Assembly: GCA_004764695.1 (NCBI GenBank)
Contig: SMSO01000032.1
Coordinates: 7,410,483 to 7,474,482, forward strand
DNA length: 64,000 nucleotides
Reading direction: 5' to 3'
DNA from: Schizochytrium sp. TIO01
Taxonomy: Eukaryota > Protista > Bigyra: Labyrinthulomycetes
The notes below the pieces were generated by a model. It was not told the origin of the DNA, made no database searches, and was given only the letters and a program-made list of their open reading frames with translations. The position numbers and the translations under genes were made by a program. This document shows positions 55,772 to 64,000 of the stretch, one piece after another; the first letter of the stretch is position 1, and every line of letters begins with the position of its first letter.

Positions 55772-56776
55772 GTTTGCTTAAAACGTGGTCATAATATGTA
55801 CTTCCGTCAGGGTGGATCTGCGCTTCAAGATTGGGCTCAAAAAAAAACGGTAGGGAGATTCGGGTCTGGGTACGCGGGGCCATAACCCGATGCGGAGTGG
55901 CTTTAAAGTATCCGTCTGTCCAAAAATCAAGTACGTCACCAATGTTAATCACAAGGCAATTCTCAACTGGGTCGACGAATTCCCATTCGCCACTACTTCT
56001 TTTGATTTGCAGGCAGCCCGGGGTATCGTCTGCCATGATCATTGTCAAAAGTCCATAGTCACGGTGCTCACCAACTCCTTGCTCTTCTGCTTCGCCTGTC
56101 TTACTTGGCGGGTATTTGATTGCCCGCATGATCCAGAACGGGTCGTTGAATAAGTCTGGGGTACAACGCCCCTGCGCAGGTGTTCCTTCAAGCCCTTGCA
56201 CAACTTTGTCCATGATACGAAAACCAAGGGAGGTCATTTCATTTGTATACTCCCCTAGCGCTGATCTAAAGCCCGGTACTTCCTTTTCTTCTGGCCAAAG
56301 GTTTGGTTTGCACAGGAAACTGTCTGGATCTTTCACTTCTGAGGATGCAAGTTCGCGCATGAGGTCTAGGCCTTCATGCTGGTCTGCTTTGCCAAGGGTT
56401 ACGTTTTGGCCACATGTTTGAAAACCTCGGAATCCAGTGCTGACGCCGCGGAGACGCATCTTTTGCTTGATTGCGTTTGAAGTCTCAAACATTTGGGTGC
56501 TTTTCTTCATTGCATTTGAGAGCACATTCTTGGGAATCCCATGGTCAGCGAGCACAAGGAAGCCGTGCTCTCGTAAAGCTCGTACAAAGTCACGAGACTT
56601 GCTTCCATTAAACGAAAGGATAAATTAAGTACATGTTAGTTATGTTGTCCGCACTGTCACATATTTATTTTGCTTTACCATTGCAAATCGCAAGTACCAG
56701 GTTTCTTGTCCAAGTAATTGTAATTTACATAACCTACCGAGCTACCTCGAAGAGAGATCACTGGTACCCCAGACAT
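55740..56776 (-). CDS. 2-oxoglutarate/Fe(II)-dependent dioxygenase (isopenicillin N synthase-like family), two exons
   Basis: HxD (EHRDYGLLT), NIGD, PHRV and RISLPFF. Predicted exon 1 56776-56738 (MSGVPVISLRGSS); intron 56737-56598 (GTAGGT...ACTAAC branch...AAG); exon 2 continues SRDFVRALREHGF in frame. Confidence 0.9.
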
Positions 56777-58262
56777 GACCCTTCTTTTTGAGTTGCAATT
56801 CGCTGCACACGTTCAGGGCTTGCTCTAGCACCCTCTTCTTTGTAGAGTTCTTGCCTTTGACACACACCGCCCTCGTTAAAGAGCTCTGCTTGCCTCCTCT
56901 TGAGCCGAAGAAGCTTTGCTTGGGATGCAATATCTGCGAACAACTGGCGGTTCAAGGTGGCAGTCTCTCGACTCAGGGTGAGGGTTTGCCCAATAGAGAA
57001 CTGCTTCTGCCCACTGCGGCAATCGTTCTCAGTAAGTAACGAAAACAGAATCAAGATGGGTGCACCCGTGTAAAGGTTGCGCTTGCACAAAGAGGGATGA
57101 AACACAACTGGTCTTATCTTGGTTTACAATTGTTTGATTGTGCTTGAGCTTAATGGACAGTGTCTGTTCGAAGATCATGCTTACGGACTTATTGCTGGCA
57201 TGGCTGAGAGGGATGACTTAGTGTTCTGCCTATGAAGTTGCTTGGACGAATTGATGAGAAGCTTCCATGAATGCTGCTTCAACGAAACGCAAACTTTGTG
57301 CGTAACAAGACCATTTTAATGTCGCTACAGGGTTGCATTGGGCACAGAATAGGATTAGGTCCAAGAAATTTGTGACATCATGGTGAGCCATGGTAATATG
57401 GCGTTGTTGCAAGGCAGCTTCTTCTATGTGCGTTCTAATATCTTCATCAAAATATCTATTTCGAGGTGTGGTACCTATCTAGGTACTGTCATTAAACTTT
57501 CCCAATTTCCGCCAAGGTGCAAATGCCTTCGATTCAAGTAGATAAACACCTTTGATTGTAGAGCGGACCTAAAGCACCATAGCTTCGCTCCCAGATGGAT
57601 GAATATCCATTCAACAAACGAAGATTGAAAAAAAATGTGTACGGTATCCTGCTCAGAAAAGTCTATGTTGAGCACTGCTCGAAAGAGAATCATCATCGCG
57701 TGTACCTGGAAGCACCCCGTATTAAGCTGAGCAGCATGATACTGCCACCAGTGTCCCTGAGTGCCAATACAAAGACAATCAACAACAATATCGATCGATG
57801 CCGGTAACGAATAGTAATGCACCAAGGACTCTGCATATATTACTTCCTAGCTACGTAAGTATTGCTTAAATACTCTACATACTACTACCCTCGCATATAA
57901 TCATTACAAAGGCAAGGTGCGATATAAATGCTTTGTAAAATCGAGAACACATCATAGCAACAATCACACAATCGCAAATGAAGTTTCTAACTCCTGATGC
58001 AAGGGATGCTCTTCTAGCATTGCTCGCGTTCTCTTCGCATTCCAGTGCTGGTCTCTTGTTTAACTAGTAATATTGCATACATATCTGAAAGCCATACACA
58101 ATTCTTGTAATTTAATATCCTGACACGCGGAATGAAGCACATCGAAGATGAACATATGATCATTTTAGAAAGGCCAAGTAAAATCCAAACGATCTTGCGA
58201 GCGTCGCAAGTTCAAATTTGGTTTGTAGGCTTTAGGATCTGGCCAGCGAATCGTGCGCCACG

Positions 58263-60572
58263 ATGGATACAATACCGTATTCGCGTCTGGGTGACTCGGG
58301 TGGCCCAGAGCTAGGTTTGGGTAAAGAGATGCCCAAGAGTATGGAGGCTCCGCGTGGAGAAGCTAACGGCAACCCTCGTAAGACATGGGTCAGCATGACG
58401 CTGGTAGCGATCGCTGCCTTGGTACTTTTTGTATGCTCGATGGCTCATGGACATTGCGAAGGCCATGCCAAAATGCAGAAAATGTGGGCTCAACTGACCG
58501 GAGAAGACTCGCAACTTGAGTTCCAGCCACCGACGATCCCGTTGCTCGTGCTGGATCCCTTTTTCCAGGTTCACATGATGGCAGAAAAGGCCACGGATGA
58601 TGTCACTCGCGGATGGTATGGTAATGTGCGTGAGATGCAAGGTCTTATCCGTGTGGACGGAAACACATATCGATTTCTTGGCGCATGCACAGGCGGAGAT
58701 GGCGATGCCTGCCCGCAAGCCATGACCCAAGTGGACCTCGACATTGGCACAATCCGCACAGATTTTGTATTTGAGGACCCGCAAAAACGTATCGAGCTTC
58801 GTGTGACCTACATGGGCACGCCTTACACTGACGACGAGGAGCGGTTTGCTCGTCCGGTCGGATATGTTGTACATGACGTACGGAGTATCGATGACCAAAA
58901 CCATGAAGTACAGCTATACCTTGATGCTAGTGCAGAACATGCTGTATTTAATGGGAAAGATGTGGTAGAATGGGATGGTTGGGAGCAGGAGGGCCTGAAA
59001 GGCATTCGTATCGGTACCGTCGCTCAGCAATTTTTGCATCGCCAGGGAGATCGCATGAATCTTGACTGGGGGTTTCTTCATATTGCTGCACGTCCTGATC
59101 ACGATGAACACAGTGACAATCCTATGACAATCGTGCGGGGTGGAAGTGCAGATGTTAACCGTCTGGCGTTTGAATCTTCTGGTAAGGTTTCGAGAACACC
59201 AGATCAAAATAACCCTCGGCCCTGTGGTGAAATTAATGAGAAGAATAAAACTGTCATATCTATCAGCAAAGACATGCAAACTGTGAATGACTCCAAGCGA
59301 CACATTGTTATGGTAGCCTACGATGATATTTATTCGGTCAACTTTTTTGGAACTAAGCTCATGGGTTACTGGCGCCAGCAGTATAATTCAATTCAGGGTG
59401 CGATGGCCGCAGCACAGACAGAAACAGACGATATGCTGGAGCGTGCAGCCAGCCATGATGAAAGTGAGTTTAACACCCTTCAGAAACTTGGTGGCACAAA
59501 ATATGCTCTTGTGACGCGTTTGGCGTATCGTCAAACTTTGGGTGCGCTTAAACTTGTTTGGAATGAGGAAAAACAAAGTACATGGATGTTTCTCAAGGAA
59601 ATCAGCACCAACGGCGATATGAACACTGTGGATGTAGTCTATCCTGCCTCTCCAGCTCTTTTGTACCATAACCCTTGGTACTTGCAAAAGCTTCTTGAAC
59701 CGATGCTCGACTTCGCAAATAATTCAACTAGTCTTCAGTACTGGAAGCCATTTTCCCCGCACGAACTTGGAGTCTACCCTGTTGCGAATCACGGTACAAA
59801 GGACCAGGAACCTATGCCAATGGAGAACACTGGAAATATGTTCTTCATGATTCTTGGTATTCTCCAACGCACGTCCGATCATGAGTGGATCCAGCCGTTC
59901 TACCCGTTGCTGGAAACGTGGGCTAAGTACCTCAATCAGACATTGCCATTTCCTGCTCATCAACTTTGCACTGATGACTTTAAGGGCCCTCTCGCAAATA
60001 ACACGAATCTTGCAGCGAAGGGGATTGTTGCTCTGGAAGCTTTCGCAGAAATCTGTCACACATTGAAGAAGTCTGAATGCGATTCTTTTTCGAATTGGGC
60101 TCAGTACCATGCAAAGACTTGGATGAAGACTGCTCGCGAAGACCTTCCAGTACCCCACACTAAACTTGCATTTGGCGAGGAAGGCTCCTTTTCAATCGTT
60201 TACAATGTTCTCTGGCAGAAGCTCCTGAACCTGGGGAACAAACCTTTTGAGTCCTATGATGCGTTCGTGAAGGAGGAAATCAGTTTCTACATTCGCATCG
60301 CCAATAAATATGGCACGCCTCTGGATTCACGCGATAGTAAAACAAAGACAGACTGGTTATCTTGGGCTGCCGCCATGGCTACGTCTGATGAAGACTTTGA
60401 AACCCTTTTCGGATATTTGTTCCGTTTCTATAACGAGTCCACTGTTCGTGTACCCTTGTCTGACTACTTTGATACTAGAACCGGTATTCCTCAGCTCCAC
60501 GATTTCCGGGACCGTCCTGTGGTCGGCGCTTTTTACGCAAAGGCTCTTATTGAAGAAATGAAACAGATTTAA
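58263..60572 (+). CDS. Glutaminase A (GtaA)/DUF1793-family protein with an N-terminal membrane anchor
   Basis: FLKEISTNGDMNTVDVVYPASP, PHELGVYP, MPMENTGNM, QLCTDDFKGPLANNTNLAAKGIVAL, TKTDW, RPVVG; TM WVSMTLVAIAALVLFVCSMA. Confidence 0.92.
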   Translation: MDTIPYSRLGDSGGPELGLGKEMPKSMEAPRGEANGNPRKTWVSMTLVAIAALVLFVCSMAHGHCEGHAKMQKMWAQLTGEDSQLEFQPPTIPLLVLDPFFQVHMMAEKATDDVTRGWYGNVREMQGLIRVDGNTYRFLGACTGGDGDACPQAMTQVDLDIGTIRTDFVFEDPQKRIELRVTYMGTPYTDDEERFARPVGYVVHDVRSIDDQNHEVQLYLDASAEHAVFNGKDVVEWDGWEQEGLKGIRIGTVAQQFLHRQGDRMNLDWGFLHIAARPDHDEHSDNPMTIVRGGSADVNRLAFESSGKVSRTPDQNNPRPCGEINEKNKTVISISKDMQTVNDSKRHIVMVAYDDIYSVNFFGTKLMGYWRQQYNSIQGAMAAAQTETDDMLERAASHDESEFNTLQKLGGTKYALVTRLAYRQTLGALKLVWNEEKQSTWMFLKEISTNGDMNTVDVVYPASPALLYHNPWYLQKLLEPMLDFANNSTSLQYWKPFSPHELGVYPVANHGTKDQEPMPMENTGNMFFMILGILQRTSDHEWIQPFYPLLETWAKYLNQTLPFPAHQLCTDDFKGPLANNTNLAAKGIVALEAFAEICHTLKKSECDSFSNWAQYHAKTWMKTAREDLPVPHTKLAFGEEGSFSIVYNVLWQKLLNLGNKPFESYDAFVKEEISFYIRIANKYGTPLDSRDSKTKTDWLSWAAAMATSDEDFETLFGYLFRFYNESTVRVPLSDYFDTRTGIPQLHDFRDRPVVGAFYAKALIEEMKQI

Positions 60573-61039
60573 AAAGCCAACATAAGCCACCATTTTTTCA
60601 TTTCATACAAAGCGTGTTGTGAGGTATTTCACCAGTTATCTTTGTCATCAAAAGCTTCATTGAAATGTGATAGTTCATATTTCCAATTTAAATATTTGCT
60701 TCTCTTATAAATTCTCACTGTACTTGTGACTCCCAGATGTTCTCCAGTCAAGAATATAAACTAGCCAAAAACGAATTTCACTTCTAATAGTTCAAATGCG
60801 AAAATGAATGCAGGCATATAATTGAAAAAAACGAAATAAGGGGGGGGAATTGGAGTGAAAGTTAGATATTGCTTAGTCATTCAATATGGCACTGCAACAT
60901 GCCATGTTTACACATGTGTGAGTACTTTTCAATATTAAAAGAGCTGGTGAAGAGAGAGAGGCTCATGGGGGATGATACACGAAGCGAATTCTTCAACAGA
61001 AGCTAACCTAGCTTTCTTCATTATTCAGGGCGATGCGCA

Positions 61040-61475
61040 TCATGCAGCAAGATGACGATTCTTGGCCTCGGGAGATGGGCCTGACTGGCTCGCTAAGAAG
61101 TTAGTTAACACCGAAGTTGTTGAAGCATGTTCCTTGCCGTCGCTGGAACTCCGGAAACCCACATGCCCTCGTTCACGCTTAGGTTTTGGGCTGAAAAAAA
61201 TTAGGTCACTCTTGGGTGACGCATCGTCAACACCGCTCTTAAAGGTCTTTGCATTCGCAGTGTTACTTTCTTCATCTTCCGCTACTCCAGACTGACTGGT
61301 TCCACGACCCTCACTCCAAAACGGATCAAAAGCAGATAGGGAAGGCTTTCGTACTGAAAGAGGCCGACGTAGGTTCAAGTCAGAATCTACTAGAGGTGCG
61401 ATAGGTGTCCCTTGCCAGCTTGCACGGCGCGAGGTTCGTGCAACGTTATGATCTTCATCTTGCAGCTGTTCTAGA

Positions 61476-61506
<31 letters not shown>

Positions 61507-61807
61507 CACAGTTGAGGCTTGTAAGACGTAGTCGCTCTTCAAGAGACTCAAGCCGAGCTAAAGTTTGAACCCGAGCGAAGACTAAACTCTTAAGCAGTGC
61601 CTCAGCGTTTGGGCTTTGCACCAGTACACCAAGGGGCTGTGGAAGCTTATCTTGCTGAGGAAAAGTGCGCATAAATTCCAACGTTTTCTCAACTGAGCCA
61701 GGTGCAGAGCTTAGAAGCTCGGAGACTCTATCTGAGCCAAATGTTTGCTCCAAATATCTTAGAACCGGATCCCGCTTACAGCACGTTGCAATCCATTGCC
61801 CATCCAT
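61040..61807 (-). CDS. Uncharacterised 255-aa protein with a polyQ tract
   Basis: ATG ORF with a helical N-half, polyQ and S/P-rich tail; CpG-rich promoter-like DNA upstream. Confidence 0.7.
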
Positions 61808-64000
61808 GATTGGCTACTCTCGTAAAGCGCCTTTGTTGAGATAAACTTCAAAGAGGCCAGGGCGAGGAAACTCACAAGCGCGCGCGTTTACTCGCTTCGC
61901 TTCCTTTGTCAAAGCCACATGCGCGGTCGGCTTTCGCAAGATCAAAGCGAATGCCGGCCGCGCTTTCTGAATTTGCTGCTACAGTTTAGCATCTTTCTGA
62001 CTCAACTTGAAAGCCTAGGAACTTCGTATTCGTCTGCATGCTTTGGGGAGTTATAAAGAATCATAGGTCTTGATCAAGGAGGTCCTACAACTTGAACTTT
62101 TTCTTGTTCCCGGAAGGCTAATATGATGTTCCTCGTTTCGAAATTGCATTGCAAGTACAGAAGAGTGGGCTTACCACCCTTAAGTGTGCCAAAGTTCCAC
62201 TGGGGCGAGACGTTAAGTTCGTCCCGCAAAGTATGTTCCACCTCATAAGTGGTTCCCGATGCATATGTGGGTAGTAGTAGCCTTGGGCCCAACTCTCATT
62301 CCCTTTTTATAGATTTCATATGTTTTCGCTTGCTAGTGATACGTAGGTGAGGCTCTCTCACTAACCAGAGGCTACATCTATCAGAATCTTATGCCGTCGC
62401 AAATTCATTGTGTAACGGAGGAAGTAAAAGTACTATGGTAACTATCAGAAAAGGAAAAATGTTATAGGTCACACTTTATGCAAGTTTACTAGTAGAGGTC
62501 TATGGCCTGCGTCACGCTGTAACCCTTCGACATTGTTGACACGGACAGATAAACCAATTCTTCATTTATCTAAATGTGGCAAGATGGCTCGCCATTTAAT
62601 TTATACGTTTTCCAGAAGTTCACAGGCCTCAGATCAGGATTTAAGCCTCTCCCGAGTAGAGTAGCAAGCAATTGCTGCTGGCTGATTCTTCTTATGTTAC
62701 CTTGTTCATAGAGAGGATTTAAGTTTGAAACGACAACAACTCAAAATCTGCCCGACCCCAGGTAGGCTTTCTCTAAAGTCACGAGAAAGAACTACTACCT
62801 TTATTCGATAGTAGCAAACGGAGCCACGAAGAAACATATTAAGAGGAGAACAACCCGTTCAAGACCTGCCATGCGTCCTGCATTAGCGCCAATCGCGCCC
62901 AAGTCTTGACAATCTTTATTTTGATTACTTTCCCTTTACGTTACGAATTCGCTTGACCGTCCAAAATTCATTTTTCTGTATTTAGGCTTATCACTAGAAC
63001 TGCCTATAGCTACCCCTGACCATTTCATTTTTATTTATATTGTCTCTCTTGAGGCCAGGCTTATCCCAGATTTAGGGCACGGTTTCTTATGCTAAGGCGG
63101 GTTTTAATCTGAAATTGCTTACAATGCTCGTTTTGTAATCATCTTTGTGTTTATACAACACAAAATAGAACGTTACCTGTTATCTCTTGATCGCTCCTGA
63201 CTTTCTGCTACCAAGTGATAATTGGACCTTAGTACCTTATCTTATCAATAATAGTGCAGAGTTGTCTTCGCTGGTGCGTCAGGAGGGCCGTTTACTTTGG
63301 CAGACACGGAGAAAATCGGAGACCGGAGATCGTGTCGGGCCCTTTCCTGTGCAGTTATTCTGACCTTGAGGCAGCGAATAAATGATTTCTATAGATGCCG
63401 GGTTGCTCGCTGCAAGACAGATCAATCACAGGATATTATAAAAGTGAAATTCCAACAATCATGCCATAGCATAGGGAGCGAGCTTTTATGGTACCTCAAC
63501 TCCAATCAAAATCACTGCGGCTGGACTGTTTAAACGGACAATGCTCGTCAGTACAGTGATCAAGATGGCTATGACCAGAATATATCTCGAAGCAATCTCT
63601 TTTGCTATTGACGACCAATTCTTCGACAACTGTTCGCCAAATTAACAATTGAATTTTTAGTCACTGCACAACTGGTCTCATCAATGCTTCGAAAATTTCT
63701 AGCAACTGCAATTAGACCTTCACGTACCAAATAGCTAAGCTTTGATATGCCAAATACTGCTTCGTTTAAATATTAGCAAAGCTAAAAGCAGACTTCCGAC
63801 ACCACGTCCAAAATTCTGTTGTCTAAAATTAGCGTACATAAGAACCTTGCTTCCGATAGAAAAGTTTTAATACCATAGTATTCTAAGCTATTTGCAAGAC
63901 CCCTGTCCACCAAAACTATTCATCCCTCAAAGACAAAGCACTATTTTCATGTACTAGTTGGCACCGAAAGATTTCTCTATGTATAATGTAAACGGATTTA

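Noticed and set aside
56742-57105. Basic ORFs faintly like ribosomal protein L44
   Set aside because: No conserved Zn-finger or GGQTKP motif; the region is better explained as the leader and first exon of the 2OG dioxygenase.
57180-57830. Short ORFs between the dioxygenase and GtaA genes (similar ones at 62-64 kb)
   Set aside because: Fragmentary, stop-interrupted and unidentifiable; may be decayed coding DNA but cannot be supported as features.
1-64000. CRISPR arrays, rRNA genes, prokaryotic operons, alternative genetic code
   Set aside because: No repeat-spacer arrays or rRNA motifs were seen, and conserved genes translate cleanly with the standard code.

Overview
Eukaryotic nuclear DNA: gene-dense, nearly intron-free and rich in microsatellites. 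Ciliary genes (IFT56/TTC26, an EF-hand/WD40 protein), ARPC1, eIF4E, RTF2, a hybrid histidine kinase and a 7TM-RGS protein point to a flagellated protist. The style resembles a thraustochytrid/labyrinthulomycete stramenopile, but that is inference and was not verified. About 20 intact protein genes occupy 1-45.3 kb and 55-62 kb. A ~9.7 kb stretch (45.3-55.0 kb) has no convincing intact gene and holds decayed coding fragments and microsatellites. I found no rRNA, tRNA or CRISPR array. The most notable observations are: (i) a 2117-aa sacsin-like GHKL ATPase fused to tandem repeats, a Zn-ribbon and a C-terminal HExxH peptidase-like domain; (ii) a small orphan ORF with a prokaryote/virus-type ribbon-helix-helix-like motif plus an NLS, divergent from a decayed Ulp1-like protease; (iii) a second Ulp1-like relic 39 kb away; (iv) a CpG-depleted ankyrin relic that suggests methylation-driven decay; (v) a 7TM-RGS with a substitution at a conserved GAP residue. 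All family assignments come from motif recognition by eye, with no database search.
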